Below the pieces are notes generated by a model. It was not told the origin of the DNA, searched no databases, and saw only the letters and a list, made by a program, of their open reading frames with translations. The translations under genes and the position numbers were made by a program. A DNA stretch of 64,000 nt from Eledone cirrhosa. Its lineage: Eukaryota. Position 1 is the first letter of the stretch; each line of letters starts with the position of its first letter. This document shows positions 1 through 14,537 of this stretch, one piece after another. The stretch spans positions 88,164,001 to 88,228,000 of the forward strand of contig OZ024746.1 of the NCBI GenBank assembly GCA_964016885.1. Reading direction: 5' to 3'.

Positions 1-97
1 AAGAAACACGGTGCCTCACGTCCACCGGCTAGCTTTCTCAACGTAAAATGTCATCATATCTTCATTGCATTTGAAATGTGTCGAGTATCAATTTGAA

Positions 98-177
98 TCA
101 TCCTTATGGGGTCTATAAAATAAAGTATCAGTAATGCACTGGATAATTGCTGGCCTAGTGCCAAAAGTAGAAACAAT
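98..177 (+). mobile_element. SINE 3' fragment
   Basis: Matches the 3' half of the 8225 SINE. Confidence 0.7.
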
Positions 178-850
178 ATTTATATGAATTAGGTATTGCA
201 GGAACCTAACACCCAATGCAATCGAAGGCAGATAATTCTCAATATATTTTGAAAGAAATGAAGATATAAACACACACATGCCATTGTGCACATTACACTT
301 TATATGACTCTGGAACATTAGACTGTAGCCACGCACATGTAGTAATCACTTATTTTCGACAAACAAACAAGTCACCCTTGCCAGCCCCTTAGCCACCAGC
401 CTGGCCCCGCAGGCAGAAACTTTCACCCACCTCCCAATATGACCATTTATAAAAACTGTCTTCCCTAAACGTTCCACACCACGCTTACCTGTATCTGTTC
501 CCTCTTCACCTGAACGTTCCCGAACAATGACTATGGTCGGAAACGTTGAAATCTCCTCCACTATATATAACAAAGGAATTATTGTAAGGAACCAGGTGGA
601 CCACAACGCACCAGAGCACTCAAAATTGAGGGTAGTAGAGTGGGTAATAGGAAAATGTTCAATACCCCGACCGCAGAGCTCAAGCTGTTTCGACGGCTAT
701 TTCGGGACTAGCGTCTAGAAATAGCTGTCGAGACGGCTTGAGCTCTGGTATGTAGAAAGCAAGAGGTAAAGGAGAGAGAAAGGGGAGAGAAAGAGGATAG
801 CAGTAAGGTGACAGAAAAAATACGAATCACAGCGAAGGGAAAACATATAT

Positions 851-1687
851 ATGTGAATGAAAAACGGTGTGCTGCGTCATGGCGAATATGAACATATGAA
901 TGAAAATAGACCGAGAAACAGGAATGTCATTCATCAGTAGCCTGCTGATTATCATTAGTATTTTACCGCATGAAAGACTAGATGCCTAAAATCAGTGCGA
1001 GCGATAACTAAATTAAGTTATCGGGACAGAGGAAAGTAAACAAACAACATGGTAGTAATGCAACGTAAAGAGAGGAAAAGAGAGACAAGTCAATGAATCT
1101 TGTGGGCTTAAGTCCGACAAATCAAATGACGAGAAGAGGCAGACACGTCCGAGCCACGCAATAAGTGAGAGAGGAAATAATTTCACGCAGGTCAGACGGG
1201 AGGAAGTGAGAGAGAAGGTGTAGGGGCCAGCCGCATGTGTGTGACCAGCAGAGGGCCGCTGCTGATCACACACTCTTGGCTTGCTCCTTCCTCACACTTT
1301 CACTCACTCACTCAATGCTACTCCTCCTCTCTCACTTCCTCCCGTCTGAAATGCGTGACATTCTTTCCTCTAACTTTTTGCGTGGCTCGGACGTGTCTGT
1401 GTCTTCTTGTCATTTGATTTGTCGGACTTAAGCCCACAACATTCATTGACTTGTCTCTCTTTTCCTCTCTTTACGTTGCATTACTACCATATTGTTTGTT
1501 TACGTTCCTCTGTCCCGATAACTTAATTTAGTCATCGCTCCCACTGATTTTAGGTATCTAGTCTTAAATGCGAATAAATACCAATGATAATCAGCAGACC
1601 ACTGATGATGGATATTCCTATGTCTCGGTCTATTTTCATTCATATGTTCATATTCGCAACAACGTAGCACGCCATTTTCCATTCACA
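851..1687. repeat. Long fold-back inverted repeat (~370-bp arms, ~95-bp spacer)
   Basis: About 851-1222 is the reverse complement of about 1318-1687, with scattered mismatches. Confidence 0.9.
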
Positions 1688-1727
1688 CACACACACACAT
1701 ACACACCCACACACACACACACACATG

Positions 1728-1827
<100 letters not shown>

Positions 1828-3309
1828 AATCGCACAAATACGATTTTGATGTATTTTGTGCTATGTCTATCGAGATCATCTGTAATTTCATCCCTAAGCT
1901 CCCGTTAAAGTATCAATTGAGTATGTGAATCAAACTATTTTCTTTATCAGTTTCTCAGCATCACTTACATTTAAAGGTGAGAAGAGGCTGGAGAAATCTA
2001 AGTAGCTTGCAACACTTTCTAAATCAACATATTATAACACACCTTGAAATTAGTTATAGAAAATTATGTGCAGCTACGGAGGGATTAACTTTACGCCAAC
2101 AACAGTTAACCGAGTCCGTGCATGATTTTATCTTATTTAAAGCCTAATCAATATTTACATTGGTACACGTAATTATATAATAAATAATACAATCCAATTG
2201 TAACATAAACACAGAAGGGCAGAAACATTTTAAACCATCTGCAATTCACAAATATATGCCACTTGAAAAGCCATCTCGGAAATGTAGATGCACACACTGA
2301 ATGCGTGATATTTACATTTGGTTACTTGACGAAACGACTTCATTTGAGGTCAGTACAATTAAACTATCAGAATAATTGTCTATATGACTGTCAATGACAT
2401 TTGTATTTCAATGGATGCAAACGCCATTAAGTATTATGATGCATATTACAAGAACCAATAATTCCATAACCAAACATTTTGCTTTTACATGTATATCCTT
2501 TGTTTTCATAGAAATACTAGAATTTCTTTTTTTTTATGTTATGTTGCATTGTCACTGTTTTCCTGGCCTTTTCACAATGAGTCACGCTTCGGCGAAGCTT
2601 AATAATGTATAATAAGTCTTCAAATATCTTGCATGTTTATAGTGAATGGATTATATGATTATATTTAATGATTTAAATATATATTTTTCAGTAAACAATT
2701 TGAGAATTTATCAAATAATAGAAAACATGGTCATTTTCTTCTTTACGAGAGAATAATAGAGATAGATCTAGGAGTAGCACTAATATAAATTTACTTGAGG
2801 CAGACAAGTATGAAAAAATGCAATTGTAATGGCATGATATTGTAATCGACAAACATTGAAAGAAAGCAGAGATGGTAGAACATTTTCAAATGTATGACAA
2901 TCTCATAGACATAACAAAGGGTATATCTTTCGATGCCAATTTATTATTTCATTTAGTGGTGTTTGAAATGAAGCTACAACCAATAAGTACGACGTTATGA
3001 TTGAGATATCTCGATATATGTATAAATATAATTTGTCAACCATCCGAAAATGAAATGAAAAAACAATAAGTGTCACTTCTCTTCAATAGAGATAGAAACA
3101 TGGTCTGCGATATCTCTTTCCCGGTAATAAAGCAACTTGTGAGGAGAGCGAAGAAAAAAACTGAATTAAAGCCTCACAATAACATTATAACATTTCAGAT
3201 TAGCAAATATTTCCTGTTATAAATTTCGGCATATGTTATTACCAACAAGTATAAAGAACATTAAAAAAGAACCTATTGCCGTTGCTCTTGTTGTTATTAT
3301 TATTATTTT

Positions 3310-3495
3310 GGCGGTGGGCTGGCAGTATCGGTAGCGGGACGGACTCCATGATTTGCAGCATATAGTTATGGCCGTTTACGGTCTGAGTTCCAATCCCGCC
3401 GAGGGTAACTTTGCCTTTCCTCCTCACGGCGTCGATAAAATAAAGTACCAGTAATACACTGGGTAATTGCTGGCCTTGTGCCAAACATAGAAATT
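3310..3495 (+). mobile_element. tRNA-derived SINE copy
   Basis: Same A/B boxes and core as the 8225 copy. Confidence 0.85.
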
Positions 3496-3504
3496 AATAT
3501 TATT

Positions 3505-4070
3505 ATTTTCATCGCTCTGTCATGCAGTGTAGATTGATAATGCACTGGGGTATTCAGTCGTCGGTCAAGTCGCAACAAGTAGATCAGACAGATAATACAT
3601 CCCTCAATATGTGCTCAGACCATAGCAAGGCCACACTTTATATAACACCCAACGTGTGTGATATTCCAAGTCACTTTAAAATATATTGAAGCTTTAATGG
3701 GATTCACCTAAATAGTCTGATCCCTATTGGTATCACTTTCTCGTTATGTTCTTGTATTCCACTTTCAATTCAGAGTATTTATTGCTTTTTTTAATCTCCT
3801 TAAACACATTATCGGTGTCTTCTGGGATGACCCAGACGACGATCTGGCATGATTTGTCTTTCTTGTTTAACATGTCAATGTCCGGTCGGTGATGCTCAAT
3901 TATTCTATCAGCTTGAAAATCATAATCCAAGATTATCGCTGCTTTCCCATCCACCTGCATTTCTTTACAAGTCAGATATTCTTAGCAATTATCTATGAGT
4001 TCTGAGTACGTGCATGCACGATGGGGAGTTCTGATGGAATACTGGATCATTATTATGCTACTCTTGTATG
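3505..4070 (-). mobile_element. 3' remnant of R4/Dong-like LINE (REL endonuclease)
   Basis: ILDYDFQADRIIEHHRPDI..KKDKSCQIV..IPED..KEIKKSNKYSELK (RPD..K..KY motif), followed by a degenerate IPIG..ALL..HILRDVL terminus. Confidence 0.75.
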
Positions 4071-4086
4071 GTACAAAGTTAACCTA

Positions 4087-4195
4087 AAATCCAGCCGAGG
4101 TTAACTTTGTCTTTCATCCTTACGGGGTCAATAAAATAAAGTACCAGTATTGCACTGGGATAATTGCTGTCTTTGTGCCGAAAGTAGAAACAATT
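4087..4195 (+). mobile_element. SINE 3' half
   Basis: AATCCAGCCGAGGTTAACTTTG...GTAGAAACAATT. Confidence 0.75.
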
Positions 4196-7079
4196 ATTAT
4201 GGTACTCTTAACGATTATGGTATTTTCGCATTTATAAGCCCCCTAAATTACTCCTGGTTGATATTCCTGCCTATTTCGCAATTGCTAATTGTGTTCCAAT
4301 TATTTCTACAAATGTTTTATGTAATTCTCCACTGTCACTCTACTTTTGTATTGCCATTCACGTGTTGGTCCTACTGCCCAATAAATAGTAATAATAGATT
4401 CATGATTATAATATTTATTTTGCACAACAGTAATTCATTTCTGTCATTGTCTTTTCTTGAGCGAAACTACATACAGTTTAAACACATATTTTGTCTGAAG
4501 TGCTGCAAGTCTTGTGTATATGCCTCTCCTATTCGGTGATATTTTCTGAATGTGCTAACGCTATAATAACAGAAATAACATATATCACTTGTTGCGTTGC
4601 TAAAGCGATTTTCATCCCCATTGTTAGCCAGTAGCTATCAATCTCCCCCCTCTTCGTTCCATTTCAACTTTCCGCTGCAGAGACACCCTGCCTTTGTTAT
4701 TACCCTATTTATAGTATCATGTTTCAATGCAAGTATATCTAGTTAGGGATCCTCCAATTACCTGTCGGTCTGGAATTTTGTAAGCAACTCGGTGTCTTTC
4801 GTTTTAACTCCTCTCTGTTATTTCTAGGCTCTTTTATCACTGATACAGACTTATCGGCGTTGTCACCTTCGTTTCTGTAGTTTCGGATATAGTTTCTCAT
4901 ACTTGAGATAACTGGACAACTGTCCCACTCTTTTACCACGGAATCAACATAGTTGCGACATTACGCGAGTTCTTATGGCGTGATTTCAATATGTCTTTAT
5001 AGTGGATTAGTGTTGATTCATCCACCTTCATATACCTCACACTTCGCCTTACTGTAATTGAAGAATGTAGAGAACACATCACGTTTGTCCTAGGGATAGT
5101 TAGATCACATGTGGACTCCGCTAGACAAAAATGTCAACGCGATCATCATTGCTCCTGTTTTATAGATTCATATCGTAACGAGAGGTTCGTGTCAGCTGTA
5201 AGCATATAGTAAGCTTCCAGAAAATGATAATTCCTCTAAAAACGAAGAGAGAGTAACGCGTTATAATTTGGTACGACTGGCTTATGGTAAATAGTCTAGC
5301 TTAGGGGATCAACCACACATTTCGTGAAGTATGTGGAAGAGTTACATTTCTTAAGAAATATTTCAGCACATGTCTCATAACAATGTAATAAATCAAACAA
5401 ACGAGATCGTCTTGTCACTATAGAGAGTCACAATTATCGTGAACAAGAACACTTTTCAGAATATGAAATATCTCGAAACATATTTCAGGCGCAACATTAT
5501 AATGATTATATTTTCTCATATCTCTTCGCATTATTTCGTGGCTCTTGTAGAAAAAATTATTTATTGGCTTTCCAAATCCATCCTTTTCTAACTCCCTCCT
5601 TCCCCCACACACAAGCACTCTCCTTAGTGATCTGAAATAATATTTGATTTGATTGAAAATTGATGCTTCCAAATATGGTAATTTACACTCTCTTCAGTAT
5701 CAGTGACAAATCTAGCACGTTATAGATTGTCGAAGAGAATTGTTACATCGTGACAAACTAAACCAAAATGTATATAGCGTGTTTTCTAGAAGCAGCGAAA
5801 GTGTCTCAAACTGGCCTTCGATGGGCTAGAAATAGCAACGTTATCTCATGTAAGCAAAGATGTACAATATTTAGTAAAATACATATTGGATAATGTAACC
5901 CGTGTTAGATTAATCTACAAACAAAAAGAAATAATCAAATCTACTATGATATTATGTAGGCATTATGAGCATTTATGTAGGCATTATGAGCAATTTGGAG
6001 CTTATGAACGGCCATGAAACCAAATTCCGTTTTTTCTTGTGTTACATGGTATGCCTCAAAAGATAAGCTACAACCATATCAAATGGGACTGAAATATTCA
6101 TTTTATTTATTTCAAAATCCTGAGATCCGTGTCAATACGTGAAAAAGGAAATCTCAGTATGTATGCAGGTTCATTAATCAGCGTTCCTGACCTGTCGAAA
6201 AAACGGCTACTATTAGAGACAAACACGGAAGTAAGAAGAACATAAGAGGCTGCGTTCAGAAATAATGATCATGATTGTAGCCTGATTTTATGTTCTTCAT
6301 AAACTTCTAGATCACTCTTGAAAAAACAAAACTAATAATCAAGGTGTCTGAGGCTGTGGTTAGTTTAAATTTTGGCAACCCGTTCTATTTGTACTTGGAA
6401 CATATCAAGAAATTAGGTTTCACTTATTCAGATAATTAAGGGAAATTAAATTGCATATGTCTGCTACGTCAGTGTAGTCATTTTATGGCGCATTATGCAT
6501 GAGCAGCATGTGTAAACATAGTGCATATACTTCATCACTAATTACCATCCCATATAATCCACTCTACTTATTTTAAATCCTTCTATTTTACTTGATAGTA
6601 TTTGATACTAATAATTTATTCACTTACTTCTATATAAACCAAGTTTTATCGTTACTTCTTCACATACAAATACTGCTTTAGGCTATAAACCCCGTACAAA
6701 CCACCCCTCAATCCAATATCCATGTCACCTTTATACGCCTCATCCTTTTACTCCTCTCCAATCCACTAATCGACTAACACCACCCACACCACTCCTTTTC
6801 CTGAGCCGTAGGCTATCCAGATACACATACTAATCTCTGGACCCTACTCTTTCCATCAGATCAGTTTTCTATTATGAACAACTGAACCAAACCACTACTA
6901 AGACGAGTGACCTATTTTTGCACACCTAACAAATATATTACATCCTTGAAAAAGGCTTGTTGAATATCCAGCCCAAACCGCTTGGCGCTGCCGTTGGGAT
7001 GTTACATCTCTCTCTCTCGCTCACTCTCTCCCTCTCTATATATATATATTTCTCTATCTATCTATCTCTTTATATATAT

Positions 7080-7151
<72 letters not shown>

Positions 7152-7739
7152 GCTTTAAGGATGCAATACATGAGTCCGTACAGCAAACATTTACAATTAG
7201 CACGGCCTAAAAGTGTGTGCAAACCCTTTCTGCTGTGGCCTTAATGCGGATTTTCTGAAACATAGATACATCAATCTGTGGACGCAAATGTAAATAATTC
7301 GAAAATATCACGAGTGAAAATATTGCTTTAAGGAATAAAAGCAGAACGTAACGCTGAAATGGTTCTCTTGAAATATGGTAAAATGTATGCTAAGAGAATT
7401 ACAGTTGTAAAAAGGAATCAGGAACAAAACTCCTTTCTCCGAAGAAAAATCAGGGAGGACATTTACTTTAAAATTAACAGAATATTTTCCTGCTAAGGTG
7501 TATCTACTTGTTGTAAATAACATTAATGTGATTAAATATAGACATACTGAGAGTATGAATAGTACTGGCAACGTAATAGTGTATACGTTTGTAAAATTTC
7601 TCTTGCAATCGTTTGCCAGGAGGGCAAGGTTAATTGGTTTCAGCGCTGTCTCTGTTGTCAGAAGCTCAATAAATCGTGTAGGATTCTGGCAGTGATATGG
7701 ACTCGGGAATCTTAAGACATTTGATTGAAAACGTACAAG

Positions 7740-8120
7740 TTTTAAGGATCCCGTCTAAGCCCCAATACCATGTGGTACGACTTCTTTCTTTACATGGTCT
7801 TCAGTTCAAAAAGCGCCTATAAGTTCTGAATAAAGAATTTCGTTTTCTTGCTGTTCCTTAGAATCGCCTTAACATTTACAAACAGCTTCTTTGTTCTCCT
7901 AGACCATCTACGACACCCTTTCTTCTCATTCGGGAGGAGATTCACCTCTTCGAGATATTGTATATTTTATTACCGATGATCCCTGTCAACAATTTCCATG
8001 TGAACGGCAAGCACGCTATTGGTCAGTAATTGGCAGTCATTTTTCCCGTTATGCAGTCCGTCTCTATAAAAAATGCCTGTCCATAGTCGTTCAATTTCTT
8101 AATCACTTTGGTGTCCATGT
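7740..8120 (-). mobile_element. RT fragment of R4/Dong-like LINE
   Basis: The minus strand reads NY*PIACLPFTWKLLTGII...EKKGCRRWSRRTKKLFVNVKAILRNSKK. Confidence 0.7.
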
Positions 8121-8224
8121 TTTAGACTGTCGTCATGTGTTTAGCTCTAATCCTTTTTCTCCTATTTCTGATTATTTTATTTGCAATTCAGAATTCATTT
8201 AGATGGAATATACCTTTAGATCTT

Positions 8225-8413
8225 GGCGGTGGATTGGCAGTATCGGTAGTGGGTAGGACGCCATGCTTTGACGCATAGAGTAACGGCCCTTTCCAATCTG
8301 AGTTCAAATCCAGCCGAGGTTAACTTTGCCTTTCATCCTTACGGGGTCGATAAAATAAAGTACCAGTAAAACACTGGGTAATTTCTGGCCTTGTGCCAAA
8401 AGTAGAAACAATT
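8225..8413 (+). mobile_element. tRNA-derived SINE (dominant family in window), full copy
   Basis: A-box-like TGGCAGTATCGG, B-box GAGTTCAAATCC, central GCCTTTCATCCTTACGGGGTCGATAAAATAA(A)GTACCAGT and 3' GTGCCAAAAGTAGAAACAATT. Confidence 0.85.
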
Positions 8414-9532
8414 ACCTTTAGATCTTGGCGATGTTTTTGCCGGTGGAGAGCTATTTCTTTCAAAGATGGGAAACGAATTTTTCTCCTCTCGATATCTGCT
8501 ATATTTATGTTGCGCTCGTGTGCTGCATATAGGTTCTCGTAATTTAGAAGCATACAAGTGTAATTGCATCCGACGATGTCGAGTTTAATTATTCAATGTT
8601 TCTTAAAATGTATCGCATCAATTCGAAATTACGCAATCCTACATATTCCCTGAAGCTAAATGATATAGCCTGTATTTCTAATATTTCCATTTTCGGGATC
8701 TACCCAGTAGTTTCTCACAAGTTGTCTAAATTCATATAGATATTTAGTAAATATTCTAAAATGTGGTTTATAAAATCAACCGCTACGATTTTATATAATT
8801 TTACTTAATTGTATCGGATAAAATTCATAGATTACACAATAAATCACATTGTTGATTATGTGATTGGCATTTTCAAATTCTGCACATGCTCCTAGCAATG
8901 TTGGTATCATAATATAAGCTGGCAAAAACATTGTAGTACAGTACATATTCTGAGGCGAATATTTGATAATCCTTGAAATTAAACTATGCGGAATAACATA
9001 TTGAAATTAAAAATACAATGTTAGTTATTATAATAACAAGGACAGTAAGTTGCAGATATATCTTTGTTTTTGTATGAACACATATACGCAATCTCCCCCA
9101 TTCACACTTGCGTACATACACATATAACCTCTCACACACAAATATATAATTTGCTGTAAGGATTCCGTTTTACTATATTTGGTCCTGCAATTGCTTTTAA
9201 TGTAGGAAAAAATAATCAACATTCAAATATTGGAACGTACGACTGTATGTTGTCGTACAAAGGGCACAATATACTTCATCCTATATCACAACGTCCGTGA
9301 AACGGCATTAAATATAGTAAAAAAATTACCCACAATATAACGAAGTTCACAAAATATTTCTATATGATGATAATGACAATATTAAAAGAAATAAGAGTAT
9401 TTATACCCCAATGTAGGACATGGTAACGAAGCACCGAATTGATATATATAGGTGTGATGGGTATGACATTTGGTACATCTACATATATATTTAATGATTT
9501 ATCAATTGAGTTAGTCGTGAGATATTGATGTG

Positions 9533-10520
9533 TTTTTTTTATTTAAAGAAAAATGCATGTCAAACAGTGTGGTTAATCCGTATGGTGAGCAAATGGGGTC
9601 CCACGTGCTGACTTCCCCACAACCCCGGCGGACAGGATGGAAAAGGGGGTTCCCCGGAGGATGGTAAGGGAAATGCGCTGGAAAAGCCATTCCAACTCGC
9701 GAGGCTCACACCTGCGGCTGGAAAGAATGTTGCTGCAAGTGGGATCCCAGACGAGGGGTTTGCCACCACGGAATGGGAAGATGGTCATACCATCTGGCCT
9801 TTCGCCGTCCCCTTGGTCCAGCACCACCGGCTAGAGCTTGGAAGGAAAGCCTGCAGCGTCCAAGACATGCTTTATGACCTCGTTGAGGGTAGCAAGGCGT
9901 AGAATATGCGTGGCATTGTGGTAACAGGAAAGCGGTGTAGGCCGAGAGAGTCCACGGTGGATCCACAGCGACATTTAAGTGGCTCGCAGATCCTGAGGCG
10001 AAGCCTCAAGGAAACGCTGTGCGAAGGCCGCGCGAAAAGAGGCAAGGCGGTGCTGGTCAAGTTGGCGCTTGATCCTATCTGAGGCCAGGTTGCACTGGAT
10101 GGCATCCATATGCTTTGGGGGGACTTGAAGGCAGGAGGGGAGAAGATGGAGGGACGTCTACTGGGCTAAGTCCCAGCCTGTCCTATGTCTCACAGGTGGC
10201 CTCATATTCCATGAACACAGAGGGTTCCATTGTGGTTTGGAGAACCCTGATGACGAGGCCGTGGCATGAGGTTACCGATGATAGAATCGCCGGCAAAGCC
10301 ATCGATATCGGGGACAGGAGGCCAAAAACGCCATATCTGACAGGTAAAGTGGCCTGTTGCCATCCAATGTCATCAACCCTCCTGCATATCTCCTCAGCTG
10401 CTGCTCGGATACAAGTATCGAGATCAGCGAGGAGAGATACGTGGCTGTAGCACAGGACGCTGCGAAGGGTGTAAAGAAGCTTCGGCAAAACTCTATTACG
10501 TTAGAGACGCAGGCAAATAT
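9533..10520 (-). mobile_element. 3' part of a CRE-like non-LTR retrotransposon (RT C-terminus, CCHC knuckle, restriction-like endonuclease)
   Basis: A GC-rich island reading WQQATLPVRYGVFGL, LRLRICEPLKCRCGSTVDSLGLH, RPDGMTIFPFRGGKPLVWDPTC and WLFQRISLTILRG, with frameshifts and an A-rich tail at about 9533. Confidence 0.8.
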
Positions 10521-11010
10521 CGAAGAACGCCCGGCGATCAACTTTTCTCTGAGACTCAACAAATCTGCTACAGATATAGAGCATGTGTACATGTGAATCA
10601 CACGTACACATGCTCACACACACTCATTTATGCATATTTACAAACTTGATTCGGGCTTCCTTTAAAGAAATAGCTCTATACATCAATTTCCATGCAAACA
10701 CTCGTGGTGAGATGTTATGTTTTATCCAATAAATACTTCTTATGCGGAAGAAAACAAAACCATTAACTTATATCAAAATGATGCGACTTTTCATTCATGC
10801 AATTTGGACAATTTACTGTTCTTGTTTTAGAACGATATTCTTTCTTTAATATTCTTATACTTTCCATTTTTCTATAACAAAATCTCATTGAATTTTATTA
10901 TTTTCTCAATTTTATCATACATCACTATTATATCTCCATCTTTCTGCATATATTGCATCTCTGAAAATATTTAATATTAATTATTATTGTCATTAGAAGG
11001 ATTACTTTAA

Positions 11011-11445
11011 TAATGGTTTCTCATATAGGAACAAGGGCAGCAATTTTGGGGGAGGGGAATGTAGATTAAATCGACCCTAGAACGTGACTGGTACATTATT
11101 TTATCGATCATAAACGACCGTAACTATATGCTGCAAAGCATGGTGTCTGATGCTCTAACGATACTGCCAATCCATTGCCCTGGATTACTTCAATAATTGT
11201 TTCTACTTTTGGCACAAGGCCAGCAATTATGCCAGTGTATTAGTGGTACTTTATTAATGATTTCTAGTATAGGCACAAGGTCAGTAATTTGGAGGGAGGG
11301 GTAATCGACCCCAGTGCTTTATGGTGCTTTATTTTATCGACCCCGTAGGGATGAAAGGCAAACCTAACCTTGACGTGATTTGAATTCTATGCTGCAAAGC
11401 ATGGTATTTGACGCTCTAACGATACTGCCAATCCACCACCCGGGA
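11011..11445 (-). mobile_element. Cluster of partial and nested SINE copies
   Basis: Repeated minus-strand SINE segments (CTCTAACGATACTGCCAATCC twice; TTTATCGACCCCGTAGGGATGAAAGGC). Confidence 0.75.
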
Positions 11446-11956
11446 TTACGTTAATAATAACACTAAATAATTGTTTTGAAAAATGTATTGCAACATAATT
11501 GTATGGCAACATAATTTTATCAATATATTTAAAACGTTGAGAATGTGTGGGGAAGATAGAATTGCGTGCGGAAATATAGAATTGAAATTCAGTAAACGTA
11601 TTGCATACAGCAAATTAAGCTAATGCATCGGTATATAAATGTGTTTAAATAACATCCTACTTTACTAGGGAGACATAAGCATCGGCATTTAATATAATAA
11701 TACACTGATCGAGAAAGCATTTTTCATAGAATTCATTCTAATTCCCTTTTTTGGGGGGAATACATGTTGTTAAGTTGAAACGTTTTATTTCATCTCGCAT
11801 GTTATTGAACCCATAAAATGATTCTATGCTGTTTTGCTTTCATATTTCGTAATTCACGTTTTATAATAAGTATATTTACAACGTGCCGCATGATTAAATT
11901 AAGATAGATTTCGGGATTTATTATTGAATTAGTGTTTCCTCATATTATTACTGTAT

Positions 11957-12321
11957 ATATATAGATCTGGCCTGTAGATTAGTGGTCTAAATACACACGT
12001 CAGAAATATATATAGTAATTGTTTCTACTTTTGGCACTAGGCCAGCAATTAACCAGTGCATTACTAGGACTTGATTTTATCGACCCTGTAAGGATGAAAA
12101 GCAAAGTTAAACTCGGCGGGATTTGAATTCACGGCCCTTGCTATTCGGATTTCAAATCCCGCCGAGGTTAACTTTGCCTTTCATCCCTACGGGGTCGATA
12201 AAATAAAGTACCAGTAATGCACTGGGTAATTGCTGGCCTAGTGCCAAAAGTAGAAACAATTATTATATATATTTCTGACGTGTTTATTTTGACCACTAAA
12301 CTACAGGCCAGATCTATATAT
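11957..12321. repeat. Fold-back palindrome of SINE 3' half plus unique flank
   Basis: About 11957-12130 is the reverse complement of about 12149-12321, with a loop of roughly 18 bp. Confidence 0.9.
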
Positions 12322-12617
12322 TGGTAACACACACACCATGATTCTTATTACAGGCTTATATAAAACACATACATTTTCAAAACAATAAATGAAATTAGAT
12401 CAACATACATTAGTTTCGTTGAAATGTGTACAGCACATGTTACTAGAGCGTAGGTAAGCGAATGCTGAAGATGTATAATAATACTGAACCACATTGATTT
12501 ACGAGTAATATATACATTGGATATGACAACGGCTTAGCAAACGCACAAGGAAAATAAGAGTACATTTAATTAGCATAAAACGTACTGCACACGAATCTGT
12601 ATGTATATGCGTATATA

Positions 12618-12676
<59 letters not shown>

Positions 12677-14169
12677 TCTGTATTCTGCTTCGTACGTTCC
12701 AGTGTGAAAATCGAATATATGTGCATATATGTCAAAGAAATATTCCACACAATGAAATACTTATTTTAATATAATATCAAATGCATTGCAAAACCGGCTC
12801 GTTGGGATTGACGCCTACCTGGCATTTATTTTTAAGAGGTGCTGAGTATATTCACTTCAGAACAAATACACAGTGTCCCTCAGTATTGCATGTGGGGCTT
12901 AATGGCGTTGACTCTTGTAATCGCATTCGACAGTAAATCATTTGTTTAAAAAGAATACTGTGGTGAATATGGAGCCGGTTACTTATCATGAAAAAGTCTT
13001 TTGTAGTAAGGCAAGAGGCATGCAAATGTGTTTAATGCATATTACAATAAATAATAGTCAGCGTCCCTTTAGTAAGAGTTGAATGGAAATAAAAACTAAT
13101 ATATGCGGATATATGCCATAATACTTATATTGAATAAATTTAAAAAATCTATCTTCATATAGCATTCTATTTCGGGGAAATTTTAAAATATGCGTCAACA
13201 AAACCTGCGATATTTACGTGGATAGATTTATTTTACAGTCTATTGAATGTATCAAGATAAATAGCTAACAATGATAGTTAAAGACATTACACACACAAGC
13301 AAACAAATACATATTATATATGTACATATAAACATTATTGGTCTAGATTATAACCGGAAAAAGTAGATTCTGCAGCGTTAAAGAGAGGAAAACGTATTTC
13401 ATATGAAAAGAAATAATGTTCTTTAAAGAAATCTGTTCAATCAAAAGAAAAATTAAATAACCACGTTCCATACACAGAGACTTCCGTTTTTACAAATTAG
13501 CTTCCGTTTCTACAAATATTTCCTCAGTTCTAAACATTGTGGCAGATTTATGCAATACAAGCTCTTACATACAGACACATATATATGAGCAAGCATATAT
13601 ATACATACACATTTACATCCAATATATATTTATATATATATATATATATAAATAAATATAAATAGCTTGCTTTGAATAAAAGTTGTATTAACGTTCAATC
13701 TTCTTTTTCTAAATGGGGAGATTTGAAAGAAAATCGATACGATATCATCATATTCGTTGCCATCTCTTCTACATTTTTTTATCATTGGAGTATTTCTTTT
13801 ATTCATTTCTTTGAATATACTTTTATGTATTTTTCTAGCTTGTGGCTATAAATGATTTCTATCACTTTGAATTTGTTGTCTTTTATCACAACGAAAGTTT
13901 TATTTTTGAATTATACCCGAGATAGAAGAGAAAGACTACAATAGACGTTGGTATTATGAAATAGTCGACAAAGATTATGAGACGTTATAGGTCATATTTG
14001 ATAAACGGTCATATTTGAACTTATTTCCTGTGAAATAAAAACAATGTTAAGACCTAGACGCTGTATCTCACCAATATATCCAATCGTAAAACAAAAATAG
14101 TCACACAGACAACCATACACACAGAGTGTAATATACCGTCATAGATACATAAACATACATACACGCTTG

Positions 14170-14183
14170 TATATATGTATATA

Positions 14184-14256
<73 letters not shown>

Positions 14257-14289
14257 TATATATGTAAAATCCCTATATATATACATATA

Positions 14290-14329
<40 letters not shown>

Positions 14330-14354
14330 TATACATATATATACATATATATAC

Positions 14355-14395
<41 letters not shown>

Positions 14396-14410
14396 TATAC
14401 ATATATATAC

Positions 14411-14461
<51 letters not shown>

Positions 14462-14476
14462 TATACATATATATAC

Positions 14477-14537
<61 letters not shown>

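Noticed and set aside
503-556. Hammerhead-like CTGAACG..TCCCGA/TCGG..GAAACGTT, plus CTGACGA boxes at about 19192 and 59805
   Set aside because: The core boxes are incomplete or stem I is unsupported, so they are too degenerate to call.
4933-5120. Possible minus-strand terminal exon (TTTTGTCTAG acceptor; ESTCDLTIPR...TMLIPW*) and the nearby ORF 5418-5672
   Set aside because: No recognisable domain and no partner exons, so it cannot be distinguished from chance without RNA-seq.
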